A DNA stretch of 64,000 nucleotides from Nostoc sp. DedQUE02 (GCF_034531035.1 NZ_JAVRBY020000016.1:34521-98520); one strand, 5' to 3'; positions 50,743-60,946 are shown, numbered from the stretch's first letter. Notes: generated by a model not told the origin, from the letters alone. Made by a program: numbers and translations.

Positions 50743-50987
50743 GTCTCTTGTATTGAAAAATCCCCAAATTTTATTTTTTTCTGAGATAAAATCACAAAAA
50801 ATAAGGGGAAGATAAACTTATCTTCCCCTTCTCTGTCGTTTCGGTTATTTTCTGGCTTGTTACTTTCCTTTAATCGTTGCCGTAACATTTGCCTTTGCTT
50901 TTTGAGTTGCCGCTTCCTGGCAGAACCGCCTCTACCTTTGTCATTCCTGCCTTCTTTACGGGGAGATTCCCATCTTTTCAGGCGCAT
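50718..50987 (-). CDS. Small basic hypothetical protein; its stop codon lies inside the IS630 right end
   Basis: MRLKRWESPRKEGRNDKGRGGSARKRQLKKQRQML..., located downstream of tRNA-Leu. Confidence 0.6.
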   Translation of the reverse strand: MRLKRWESPRKEGRNDKGRGGSARKRQLKKQRQMLRQRLKESNKPENNRNDREGEDKFIFPLFFVILSQKKIKFGDFSIQETIAILNHL

Positions 50988-51027
50988 AAGTTTTTTACCT
51001 CTCTGGTAATTTTTGATTGTTTGGTAG

Positions 51028-51111
51028 TGGGCAGGAGGAGAATCGAACTCCTATGACCGTAAGGCCGCCACATTTTGAGTGTGGTGCGTCTACCAATTCC
51101 GCCACCCGCCC
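51028..51111 (-). tRNA. trnL: tRNA-Leu (anticodon CAA)
   Basis: Reverse complement GGGCGGGTGGCGGAATTGGTAGACGC, anticodon arm CCACA-CTCAAAA-TGTGG, long variable arm and TTCGATT loop. Confidence 0.96.
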
Positions 51112-51222
51112 ATATATCCAACCTTAACTAGTATACTCTAATTAAGTGATTTTGTAACAAGTCTGAAAATTAATTCTCAAAATTTTGCTGGAATAAATAG
51201 ATAGTTCTAAGAAGTCTCTAGC

Positions 51223-52347
51223 TTAAAAGCGTGGCAGGGTCAATAAACTACGGTCGATATCCTGTAGCTTGGCACAGCCGCTAAGTGCCATTCCCACATT
51301 TAACTCATCTTGTAGGAGTGAGATTACATGAGAGACGCCGATTTGTCCTCCTACCGCTAGTCCCCACAAAATAGGTCGTCCAATTAGTACTGCTTTTGCC
51401 CCTAATGCCAGAGCTTTGAGAATGTCTGTGCCCCTACGAATGCCTCCATCCAAGAGGACTTCGATTTTACCATCCACTGCGGCTACTATTTCAGCTAGAG
51501 CATCTAAAGAAGCGATCGCACCATCGAGTTGCCTGCCTCCATGATTGGAAACAATAATTGCTTTAGCTCCATATTCTACAGCCCGCACAGCATCATCTCC
51601 CCGTAAAACTCCTTTGATAACTAAAGGTAATGGAGATAAAGACTGCAACCATTCTAAATCTTGCCAACTGACTCCTGGGTTTAGCTGTTGGGCAAAATAG
51701 GTAAATAGCCCAGATTCGCCTTTTTCATGGGAAATATCTAATCCTGAGATGCTAGCAAGATTAGCCAGATGTAAGTCTTGGGGTAAGGCAAACTCATTAC
51801 GTCTATCTCTCTCGCGCTGTCCAAGAACGGGTGCATCTACAGTTAGACAAAGTGCTTTGTAGCCTGCATTATAGGCTTTTTCTACCAAAGCACGAGTTAA
51901 TCCTCGGTCTTTATGAATGTAAAGCTGGAACCATCGCAGAGAATTTGGAAACTGATTACATGCAGTCACCACTTCTTCAATGCTCTTTGTTGCCATTGTA
52001 CTTAAAACCATGCCCACGCCAGCTGATGCAGCAGCTAAAGCCGTGGCAACTTCTCCGTCTGGATGAGCTAGACATTGAAAAGCCATTGGTGCGATTAACA
52101 ATGGTAGTTGCAGGGGTTGTCCTAAAATAGAGGTAGTGAGATTGCGATCGCTCACATCGACTAATATCCGAGGTCGCAGCTTGACTCGCTCAAAAGCAGC
52201 ACGATTATCTCGCAATGTGATTTCGTCCCAAGCACCACTGCTATAGTAATCAAGTGTCGTTTGAGACAGATACTCTCTTGCTAGTTTTTCGTACTCAAAA
52301 AGGTTAATGGGTTGAAAGCGATCGCCGTTGGATAAGTAGGTAGACAT
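51223..52347 (-). CDS. FMN-dependent alpha-hydroxy-acid oxidase (lactate/glycolate oxidase family)
   Basis: LIAPMA, WFQLY, LTVDAP, LVIKG, SNHGGRQLD and DGGIRRGTD. Confidence 0.95.
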   Translation of the reverse strand: MSTYLSNGDRFQPINLFEYEKLAREYLSQTTLDYYSSGAWDEITLRDNRAAFERVKLRPRILVDVSDRNLTTSILGQPLQLPLLIAPMAFQCLAHPDGEVATALAAASAGVGMVLSTMATKSIEEVVTACNQFPNSLRWFQLYIHKDRGLTRALVEKAYNAGYKALCLTVDAPVLGQRERDRRNEFALPQDLHLANLASISGLDISHEKGESGLFTYFAQQLNPGVSWQDLEWLQSLSPLPLVIKGVLRGDDAVRAVEYGAKAIIVSNHGGRQLDGAIASLDALAEIVAAVDGKIEVLLDGGIRRGTDILKALALGAKAVLIGRPILWGLAVGGQIGVSHVISLLQDELNVGMALSGCAKLQDIDRSLLTLPRF

Positions 52348-52569
52348 AATTAAATGTAGTAGTGAGCAATTTATTGCTCTGCATAAGATTTTAAATGGCT
52401 AGAGCCGTTTACTAGGAGTTTTGATTTAATTAAGCCTTTCTACTTACAACTGTTATGGTAGTGAGTATAAGTTAACTAATAGGATGTTTTTTAATTTGAT
52501 TGAACAGGCTTAAGTAATGATTGATTTATTAGTCAACCTGGACAAGCCAGTATCTTCGGCACAGTTGTT

Positions 52570-53502
52570 CTAGAGGAACCTATTTAATAGTTCTTCTCTG
52601 GATAGTTGCAGCAATAAAGGAGTAAATTCCGCCGGAGATAATGCCAACAAAGGTTCAATAATTACTCTTAGTTCTGCATCCAAAGAACCAAAGCGAACTC
52701 GCAATAAATTCTCTATAACATTACGACGTTCTGCTTGGATTCCTTCTTGGATTCCTTCTTGGATTCCTTCTTGAATTCCTTCTTGAATTCCTTCTTGTTT
52801 AACTGCTGCTAATTTTTGCTCGTAAATGGGTGATAGGCGCATAATTAAATCTCTGTCTTCCTCGTCTATATTTTGATTGAATTCTAAGGTAGTCTTTAAA
52901 TTCAATAATAAATCAATTGCTTTGGAACGTAAGGGATGATTTTGGGGAAGCGCTTCTAGTTCATCTATAGCTTGTTGTTGGACTCTTCCCTTACCTAAAA
53001 TTCTCAATCATAGTGTTTCTTCTGTAGAGGGTAATTGATGAATTGCCACAATTGCCGTTCTCAAATAATCAGCTAAAAAATGTACTCCTGTTCCCCAATT
53101 TTGATCATTTAGCTGAGTTCTAAAACCATCCAATATAGATTCTGACGCTGTAGGTGAAAAAATCCATAATCGTGGTAAATCTGATTCTGTAATCCGACTT
53201 TTATCAACTTTACTCTGACGCTTTACTTCAGCGAAAATATCAAAAAGCTTATTCATACAGCTACGGATTTCTGCAATTGTAGCCGCATTTCTAAATGGTT
53301 CAATTAATGCAGGTTCAGCCGCAAATTTTCCTAGCAGTCCTAATTGTATAGTATCGCTTGCCGATTCGAGTGAAGGGACAAAATAAACATCAACCTCTCG
53401 GATTTCCGCCGGAACTTTCCGACTTGTTTCAACTTCTCCCAATGGTTGTAACAATTCTTTAAGATAATCTTTTGCAAACTGGTCGTAGGGAAACCTGGTC
53501 AT
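52570..53502 (-). pseudogene. Rpn/DUF4351-like cyanobacterial protein interrupted by an in-frame TGA at 53008-53010
   Basis: The two track ORFs are in one frame and read ...STEETL*LRILGKGRVQQQAI... The start is YDQFAKDYL and the C-terminus has QEGI repeats. Confidence 0.85.
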
Positions 53503-53681
53503 TAGCTAATTTTTTGGCTGTACCAATATTTTACATAAGTCTGTAGACGCACACTTATAGGTTCAAACAAGCTACGAGAAGCGGCTTGTTGCCAGACATT
53601 GCATTTATAATATTGACAAATATATTAATTAATGCATAAAACTACTTCTAAAGTTTTACTAATATTCTGCATTTCTGGTGA

Positions 53682-53787
53682 AAAAGAATGTAGAGACGTA
53701 GCATTGCTAAAAGAATGTAGAGACGTAGCATTGCTACGTCTCTACAAGGATTCTGGATAATGCATATTTAATTTCTGGAAACGTCTA
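53682..53787. repeat. Palindromic dispersed repeat GTAGAGACGTAGCATTGCTACGTCTCTAC with a 27-bp tandem duplication of its left half
   Basis: AAAAGAATGTAGAGACGTAGCATTGCT occurs at 53682 and 53709. The full palindrome is at 53717-53745. Confidence 0.85.
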
Positions 53788-53849
53788 GTGGATGAGGAGA
53801 ATCTCGTTTTCCCTTCTACAAAGTATAAAAGTGATTGCGATTAATAACT

Positions 53850-54728
53850 CTACCAATTGCGCCACCCACCTTTGGGTGCAACTTCATTATTAGTAGACTT
53901 CAATCCATGACTTTGCAACAGAGTTTGATATTCTGTGCTACTTGCCCAACGGTCAATTTCTCGTGCCCGTAGCACTGGTACTGGATGAGTTAATTGGGCT
54001 GTGCGGGCGGCTTTAACCATTTCGCCTAGTTCTGTCTTACTAATATCATCGTAAGCGTGGGCTTGGGCAATAAAAGCATCAAGATTCAGTTGTGGCGCTA
54101 AGGTGGGGGAACCACCCGCCAACTTCATCAACACTGACATGACAACTTTGGGGTCTTGGGTTGCTAGTAATGCGGCGCGATCGCAGGTAAACTCAGCACA
54201 ACGTACCCATTCCAAAAGTTGCGCCTGTATGGCTTGGGCAACGAAAGTACCGACATTGGGCACAATCGCCGCCGCTAATATAAGTAAATTTACAGGAGTC
54301 AAGTAAACGCTATGGTCGCACTTGAGATGTCCCAATTCGTGGGCAATTACTGCCTGTATTTCCTCCGGTGTGAGCATATCAATTAGGGAAGTGTGTAGCA
54401 CAACAAAGGGCTGCTTACTCCGCATAGCAAAAGTATAGGCGTTGGGAGCCGGATGTTGCCGGACGTACAACTGGGGAGGATCTATATCCAGGGTTTTACA
54501 GGCATCTAACAACAATTTGTGTAAATCGGGCAGTTGCTTTTCACCTACCAGAACACTGGAGGCAATATTTTCCACATAGAAAACCTGCTCTGCCATTGGG
54601 CCAAGCCAGTTTCGCACCAACATATCTATGCCTGGTATCTGCTTGAGCGCTCTGGTAGCTTCCAGGTCTAACGGATGACGAAATGAGTCAGCTTTTAAAC
54701 CAATTAGCGGGGTTTTGAAGAATGACAT
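53850..54728 (-). CDS. M48 family zinc metalloprotease
   Basis: PNAYTFA, AVIAHELGH and AEFTCDRAA. Probable start is ATG 54728. Confidence 0.93.
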   Translation of the reverse strand: MSFFKTPLIGLKADSFRHPLDLEATRALKQIPGIDMLVRNWLGPMAEQVFYVENIASSVLVGEKQLPDLHKLLLDACKTLDIDPPQLYVRQHPAPNAYTFAMRSKQPFVVLHTSLIDMLTPEEIQAVIAHELGHLKCDHSVYLTPVNLLILAAAIVPNVGTFVAQAIQAQLLEWVRCAEFTCDRAALLATQDPKVVMSVLMKLAGGSPTLAPQLNLDAFIAQAHAYDDISKTELGEMVKAARTAQLTHPVPVLRAREIDRWASSTEYQTLLQSHGLKSTNNEVAPKGGWRNW

Positions 54729-54963
54729 AGTGCAACAAGCTATAAAAAAACACAACTATGGAATCTGGCTGGATAGATAAACAGCCTCCCACAGTTAGTA
54801 TAACGATTTCAGTTGAGGGTTTCGTTTCTTGCATACTCGTAACTTTTGGTATCACTGCTCATTTCACCCCTTTGCTGCATAAGCCTACCGAGCAAATCCT
54901 GTCCTTTAGTGTCCGTTGCAGTTAATCTTGATTGGACACACTAATTCACGCTCGGAGAATTGA

Positions 54964-55458
54964 ATGCGCTTTGGTTTTTTTACTTTATGTGTTCTCGCAC
55001 TAGCGGCAACAAGTGGGCACGCCGCTCAGTCTCCCAAGATCCCAGCACTGGTAATGACCAGCCCGGATTCGGCTGAGGCCAACTACGAAGATAAATGCAG
55101 CAACGGCGGCAACCTTGACCAGTTTAATCGCGATCGCTTTCTTAAACTTATGCTTGCTGATAAAAAATCAAAGCTATCTCAACTGAAAGTAGCTCTCCTA
55201 AATGAAATTAAACAGAGTGGTGATGAGCCACGAGGTGAAGGTGTCCATATTGGTGAATGGAATCAAACCTTTCATGACCGGAGTGGTTGTGGCACAAACA
55301 CTAACAGTTACTCAGCATTTGTTACTACCGTGACTGGTGGAAATGCAAACCATACGGTCGTGAAATACCTGGTAACAATTGATGACGACGATAACGCAGG
55401 CAAAAGAACCCTAAAGATCCGCGACATCCGCCCAATCAACCTACGAAATGATAACTGA
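54964..55458 (+). CDS. Secreted hypothetical protein
   Basis: Signal peptide MRFGFFTLCVLALAATSGHA and two Cys in the mature region. Confidence 0.75.
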   Translation: MRFGFFTLCVLALAATSGHAAQSPKIPALVMTSPDSAEANYEDKCSNGGNLDQFNRDRFLKLMLADKKSKLSQLKVALLNEIKQSGDEPRGEGVHIGEWNQTFHDRSGCGTNTNSYSAFVTTVTGGNANHTVVKYLVTIDDDDNAGKRTLKIRDIRPINLRNDN

Positions 55459-55616
55459 GCAAGCCACTTCTCCTCGCTTCCTAGTACCTGCTCTTGTAAA
55501 AATAAAACCTGCATCTTCAAACTGTGTACCGTATCCCCGAACAGTAGAAAGAGGGGTGAAATAAGCAGCTGTGCAGAAAGTTACGCGCTTTGACTTGATG
55601 AGGCACTTTGCCCGCT

Positions 55617-55784
55617 TTGTTAATGCGTCAGCCTGCATTGTTAATGCGTCAGCCTGCATTGTTAATGCGTCAGCCTGCATTGTTAATGCGTCAGCCTGCA
55701 TTGTTAATGCGTCAGCCTGCATTGTTAATGCGTCAGCCTGCATTGTTAATGCGTCAGCCTGCTTTGTTAATGCGTTCCCCTGCA
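55617..55784. repeat. 21-bp tandem repeat TTGTTAATGCGTCAGCCTGCA (6 perfect and 2 degenerate copies)
   Basis: Counted directly; there are no spacers. Confidence 0.97.
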
Positions 55785-55877
55785 TTAAAAACGCTATGCT
55801 TTTACGCAAAACTGTACTAAGCATGAAGCTACAATTAGTGGCACGATCAGAGGAAATCGTCTTTTTCTGTTGTCACT

Positions 55878-57098
55878 ATGAAGATACTGGTACTGAATGC
55901 CGGATCGAGCAGCCAAAAGAGTTGCCTGTATGAAATTGCAGATGAAGCTCTCCCCAGCCAAGCACCCGAACCCCTTTGGGAAGGGAAAATCAACTGGACT
56001 CAAGATCGGGCTGTGGCAGAAATTGAGGTGAAAACTGCTACGGGTGGAACGCTGCAAAAATCAATCTCTGGTGATTCTCCACAGGCGCACCTTACTTATA
56101 TGCTCAATACACTTAGTCATGGTGCAACCAAGGTAATCGATCGCTTGTCAGAAATCGATGTGGTGGGGCATCGGATAGTACATGGTGGAGAGGATTATCG
56201 AGATAGTGTGTTAATTACAGAGGATGTCAAAAAGGCGATCGCTGATCTGTCTAACCTGGCTCCAGCGCATAATCCAGTGGGTTTGGAAGGCATAGAAGCA
56301 ATTGAACAAATCTTAGGAGATGTCACCCAAGTAGCAGCCTTTGATACCGCATTTCATAGGACTTTACCTGATGCAGCAGCAATCTATCCCGGCCCATATC
56401 AGTGGGTAGAGCAAGGTATTCGCCGCTATGGGTTTCATGGTATTAGTCATCAATACTGTTCTCAACGTGCTGTCCAAATTCTCGGTGGAGATGTTGCATC
56501 TGAGCGGTTAATTATTTGCCATTTGGGTAATGGTTGCTCTTTAGCGGCGATTAAAAATGGTCGCAGTATTAATACCACTATGGGATTCACGCCCGTAGAA
56601 GGATTGATGATGGGTAGTCGTTCTGGTTCAGTCGATCCGGGGATTCTGATTTATTTGTTGCGCCACTGCAATTACTCTGTAGAAAAGTTGGATGAGTTAT
56701 TAAATAAAGCTTCTGGGTTAAAGGGAATTTCGGGTGTGTCTAGTGATATGCGTGAAGTAAGAGAAGCGATGGCTCAAGGTAATTCCCGCGCTCAACTAGC
56801 GTGGGATATCTACGTGCATCGCTTGCGTTCTGCGATCGGCGCAATGCTTACGAGTTTGGGGGGATTAGATGCTTTAGTGTTCACAGCAGGCGTGGGCGAA
56901 CACTCTTGGGAAATTCGCCAAGCCGCTTGTGAAGCCTTTGGATTTATCGGACTAAAACTTGACCTTGAGAAAAATCACCAGCAGCCTGTAGATGAGGATA
57001 TTGCTACACCCGATTCAGCAGTACGGATATTGGTTATTCATACTCAAGAAGATTGGGCGATCGCCGAACAGTGTTGGCAGTTGTTAAAACATACTTAG
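55878..57098 (+). CDS. ackA: Acetate kinase
   Basis: ILVLNAGSSS, GHRIVHGG, FDTAFH, YGFHGISH, HLGNG, MGFTP and VFTAGVGE. Confidence 0.97.
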   Translation: MKILVLNAGSSSQKSCLYEIADEALPSQAPEPLWEGKINWTQDRAVAEIEVKTATGGTLQKSISGDSPQAHLTYMLNTLSHGATKVIDRLSEIDVVGHRIVHGGEDYRDSVLITEDVKKAIADLSNLAPAHNPVGLEGIEAIEQILGDVTQVAAFDTAFHRTLPDAAAIYPGPYQWVEQGIRRYGFHGISHQYCSQRAVQILGGDVASERLIICHLGNGCSLAAIKNGRSINTTMGFTPVEGLMMGSRSGSVDPGILIYLLRHCNYSVEKLDELLNKASGLKGISGVSSDMREVREAMAQGNSRAQLAWDIYVHRLRSAIGAMLTSLGGLDALVFTAGVGEHSWEIRQAACEAFGFIGLKLDLEKNHQQPVDEDIATPDSAVRILVIHTQEDWAIAEQCWQLLKHT

Positions 57099-57201
57099 AA
57101 AGTCTGATTTAATTTGGGTAACATTGTTTGAATATGTCAACTACTTAATTTTTTTAAATAGTCTGTCACGAGTAATTTTTTCAATGCCTCATACCCAATT
57201 T

Positions 57202-58149
57202 TCAAGCTAGTAACCAACGCATGAAACCTTTACCAATTTGCCCCACTATAAAACTAAAAAACCTTTGTAATAGTGGCCCAAGCAGTGACAACAACAGTAA
57301 AAGTAAGAAATCAGTGGGAGTAAAAAGAAAAATACTAGAAGTGACACAAGTTACTCCCCACGCCAGCCAATTGCGATATTGAGAGTTAATAGAAGTCCAT
57401 CTCGGAAGTTGATTAACAAGCCAATAGCGAATAGTCGCAAATACAAAAGATGTTACTAGCCCAGTAAATATTGATAATGAAAGTGCTAAATTTAATTTCA
57501 AAACGAAAAAAGCAGCAGGAAATAGCGAAGCTAGCTCCCAAGCTAATAGATTTAATTTAGTCCGAAAACTGTTTAGTATTTCTTCAATAAGCCAATAATG
57601 CACATAAACAATATTTAAACACTCAGGATTTTGAATAAAATCACTCCTGATTTTGTGAATTATGTCGCCATAAAATAATATATTGCTTTGTAAAACAATA
57701 TCTTGTTCTTTCCAAAGATATAAAGCTGATATATCTTCTCTATAATAAGAATTAAAAGTAAGCCCATTCTGTAAATTCGATTTATTTTGTAATGATTTCC
57801 TCCAAAATAAATTTATAAAATTTACTAAAAAGCTATTATCAAATATTTTAAAGCTTTTTTTAGTAATTACTAATTTCTTGTATTGCATACTGTTCTTACT
57901 AAAGCAAATCTCATCACTAAAGCAGCTATAGTACCAAAGATAAGCTAGTAATTTTGGTGGAAGATACAGAGAGCAACCTATTTTTCGTGCTTGCTCAATT
58001 TGTTTTAAAATTGCATTGTTTAGATAAAAACTATACTGTGCTGACTCAACCTTAATTTCGAGTTCAATCGGAGTACCTTGAGGGATTTGCACAAAGAAAG
58101 ATAGTTGAACATCAGCTTGATGATCTGTGTGTGTTTTATAAACGTTCAT
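57202..58149 (-). CDS. Hypothetical membrane protein (C-terminal TM helices), third gene of an operon
   Basis: Hydrophobic C-terminal third and a SNILFYGDII...VHYWL motif. Probable start is ATG 58149; the track starts at 58185. Confidence 0.75.
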   Translation of the reverse strand: MNVYKTHTDHQADVQLSFFVQIPQGTPIELEIKVESAQYSFYLNNAILKQIEQARKIGCSLYLPPKLLAYLWYYSCFSDEICFSKNSMQYKKLVITKKSFKIFDNSFLVNFINLFWRKSLQNKSNLQNGLTFNSYYREDISALYLWKEQDIVLQSNILFYGDIIHKIRSDFIQNPECLNIVYVHYWLIEEILNSFRTKLNLLAWELASLFPAAFFVLKLNLALSLSIFTGLVTSFVFATIRYWLVNQLPRWTSINSQYRNWLAWGVTCVTSSIFLFTPTDFLLLLLLSLLGPLLQRFFSFIVGQIGKGFMRWLLA

Positions 58150-58975
58150 TTCGGGATAATTTGGCGATACTTTGTACAATACCAATCAGAAAATCTAGTG
58201 TTCCACGCCATTGTTTTTCTCCAGCCACTACCCCTTCATTATGTATTTTTAGGATTAAATCTCTATCTCCATCAGGTAATTGAAATAGGTTTTTATGGTA
58301 ACGACTGATAATATCTCCATCTAACTGCATCACAGTTTGAGCATAGATAATATCGATATCTACGCTAGTAATATTCCCACTATTAAGTGCAGCTTTTAGT
58401 TCAGACATTTTCCGCAGTGTGCGAATAAATTTATCATTATTCAAAAGTTCTTCAATCTCTCGCCATCTTTGCTGCAAACTTTTTTGATTATTATCTTCTT
58501 GATCTGCAACAGGAGTTGGAGCAGGCAATATTGGTCGAGCTAACTTTATGTATACCTCATCAGTTGGAACAATATTTGCTTTATGTTCCACCTGATATTT
58601 AAGACGCTCCTGATATTGTATTATCCTGGAATCTGGCTCACTAGTGTCATTACTTTGTTCAAGGAGAATGTAAAAATATTCTCTTTCAAGTTGCGAAAAT
58701 AGGCTAGTATAACGCTTGCGTAGCTCTTGAGCTTGAGTTTTTTCTGGTTCTGATAAATCGTCTGGATTTGGAATTCCTTTGCTATCAAAGTAGTCTTTGT
58801 CGTTTATTGAATAAATCTCTTCATACGCTTGCCAAGCATTAAACTTTGCACCTGTAATTTGCTCCACAACCATTGTATTTACTTCTAAAGCTGTAATATC
58901 ATCAACTAATCCATGTACAGATGAGACTACTTTTTCTAGCAAATCTTTGGCTTGCTCTTGAATTTTATTAGGCAT
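58136..58975 (-). CDS. Hypothetical protein with LEVNT and DGDI...H motifs
   Basis: 279-aa ORF that overlaps the downstream gene. Confidence 0.82.
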   Translation of the reverse strand: MPNKIQEQAKDLLEKVVSSVHGLVDDITALEVNTMVVEQITGAKFNAWQAYEEIYSINDKDYFDSKGIPNPDDLSEPEKTQAQELRKRYTSLFSQLEREYFYILLEQSNDTSEPDSRIIQYQERLKYQVEHKANIVPTDEVYIKLARPILPAPTPVADQEDNNQKSLQQRWREIEELLNNDKFIRTLRKMSELKAALNSGNITSVDIDIIYAQTVMQLDGDIISRYHKNLFQLPDGDRDLILKIHNEGVVAGEKQWRGTLDFLIGIVQSIAKLSRNERL

Positions 58976-59081
58976 AGTCAGAATTTCCTTGATTTCTCTA
59001 AAGCAAATTAACCTACAGGTTGGGATAAGCTCATATCCTGTAGGTATTTTAGTGTTACTATTAATTAATAAATATCAACTA

Positions 59082-59582
59082 TTATGGTCGGGATAGCAAT
59101 TGTTGTGAAGTTTTGCGAGATTTCATAATCTCTATAAAAAATCCATACAACTTATGCAAACTTTCTATATTTTTTTGCATAATCTCCCGACTTTCTTTTA
59201 TTTGACTGAGATGAAATTCACGAAGTTCTGTATATGGGCCACTGCCAACAAATTGACTACCAACTTCATTAGTTATATCACCATCAATTAGATTGATGAT
59301 AGTATGAATTCGATTACCTGTTTGAGCAATTTGTTGCTCTTGTGGTTGTTGATTGGAGGGGTCTGGAACCCAAGTTGTAATTTCTAGCTCTACAACTTCA
59401 ACTATTGCTGTTTTAATAGCATCAATAACATCATCAATATTGAATCCTTCTCCTCTAGTATTCAGATTCTTAACTTTTCTTTTAAATTCATTACTTGGTT
59501 TGCTAATTTGACTATTATTTTCCACGTTTTCGATGGACTGACCATTAATTTCTGTGTTTTCGTTAAAAGTATTATTTACCAT
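59082..59582 (-). CDS. Hypothetical protein with LEITT and DGDI...H motifs
   Basis: 166-aa ORF that shares motifs with its neighbour. Confidence 0.82.
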   Translation of the reverse strand: MVNNTFNENTEINGQSIENVENNSQISKPSNEFKRKVKNLNTRGEGFNIDDVIDAIKTAIVEVVELEITTWVPDPSNQQPQEQQIAQTGNRIHTIINLIDGDITNEVGSQFVGSGPYTELREFHLSQIKESREIMQKNIESLHKLYGFFIEIMKSRKTSQQLLSRP

Positions 59583-60102
59583 GACATTTTAGAGCTTAAA
59601 GATTTAAATATAAACAAAATACAATTTTAGATTATGTCAAAAGTTTTAAGGCTTTTACTAAAAAAAAGTAACTAAAGTCAAAACAACTTAATAATTTAAA
59701 AATGTTTTACTAAAAAAAAGTTATGATTTCCTAAAGTCAAATTTATCTTAGAAAAAGAATAATACCATTTTAGATTTTAGAGCTATTATGTTGCAGTGAG
59801 TCTAGCACTGCGGTAGGGTTTCCTCTTATCTTAATGTGACGTGATTTTGAAAGAATTATTTAATTAGCTTTTGAATACTTCGTTGCAATGAGGTATAAAT
59901 TAGCTCCTTTTAGTACATAAAATAAGCTAGATATATTTTTGAGCTAAAAAATATTAGTATAATTTTATACTTAAGTATTAAATAAATTTATTTTATCAAC
60001 TTATTTTTATTTGGACTAGCAACGCATATACGTGCTAGGGCTGACTTTTTTATACCACCATGTATACAATAATATGACTATAATGATCAAGACAAAGGAA
60101 AT

Positions 60103-60888
60103 ATGTTGTTATCTCGTCAAGCTTTTGCTACACCTTTTGTAATTTCTATGTGTATTTTAGGAGTTGGGTTGATTCAATTCCCCCAATTGCAAAAATTAAT
60201 AAATAGAAAACAATCTGCCTCTTTAGAAACTTTAAAAAAAGAAATAAAAGCTGAAAATATCCGTCTAAATTTTCTCGAAAAAACGCCTAGTTTTGGTTAT
60301 GATAACTTTGTTGCAGATTTGGTATATCTCAATTTTCTCCAATATTTTGGAGATGATGAAATTCGGGATAAAACAGGTTACAGTTTAAGTCCAGAATATT
60401 TTAAAGTTATTCTAGAACGCGACCCGCGATTTTTAGCAGCGTATCGCAGTCTTTCGATCAGTACTTCATTATATGCTGGTATGCCAGAACGGGCGATCGC
60501 AATATCAGAGAAAGGCTTAAAATCAATATCTCCCTCAGTTCCCAAAAAGTCTTATTATATATGGCGTTATAAAGGAGTTGATGAGTTATTATTTTTAGGC
60601 AACGCAAAAGCTGCTCAACAGTCTTTTGCAACGGCGGCAAATTGGGCAAGTAAATTTTCAGATCCAGAGAGTCAGCTTATAGCTAATACTTCCCAAAAGA
60701 CTGCGGAATTTCTGAGTCGAAATCCTAATAGTAAATATGCTCAAATTTCTACATGGTCAATGGTTTTAAATAATCATGCTGATGAAAGAACTCAGAAACG
60801 CGCAATTAGAGAAATCGAAGCTTTGGGAGGAAAAATAGTTACAACTCCTGAAGGCACAAATAAAATTATATTTCCCCCAAAGGATTAA
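60103..60888 (+). CDS. Membrane-anchored helical (TPR-like) hypothetical protein
   Basis: N-terminal TM segment followed by FLQYFGD, DPRFLAAY and alpha-helical repeats. Confidence 0.75.
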   Translation: MLLSRQAFATPFVISMCILGVGLIQFPQLQKLINRKQSASLETLKKEIKAENIRLNFLEKTPSFGYDNFVADLVYLNFLQYFGDDEIRDKTGYSLSPEYFKVILERDPRFLAAYRSLSISTSLYAGMPERAIAISEKGLKSISPSVPKKSYYIWRYKGVDELLFLGNAKAAQQSFATAANWASKFSDPESQLIANTSQKTAEFLSRNPNSKYAQISTWSMVLNNHADERTQKRAIREIEALGGKIVTTPEGTNKIIFPPKD

Positions 60889-60890
60889 AA

Positions 60891-60929
60891 TAATTCATAA
60901 TTCGTAATTCGTAATTCGTAATTCGTAAT
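60891..60929. repeat. STRR heptamer TAATTCG array
   Basis: Four perfect units at 60898-60925. Confidence 0.9.
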
Positions 60930-60946
60930 CTTTATGAACAATACTA

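Noticed and set aside
47817-51111. tRNA-anchored integrative island or prophage
   Set aside because: There is no integrase, no duplicated tRNA 3' end and no phage genes; only an IS630 and ordinary genes lie between the tRNAs.
7508-53010. Genome-wide stop-codon reassignment to explain the two in-frame stops
   Set aside because: The two stops differ (TAG and TGA), and both codons end many normal genes in this window.
55617-55784. Possible CRISPR array
   Set aside because: The units are contiguous with no unique spacers, and there are no cas genes in the window.
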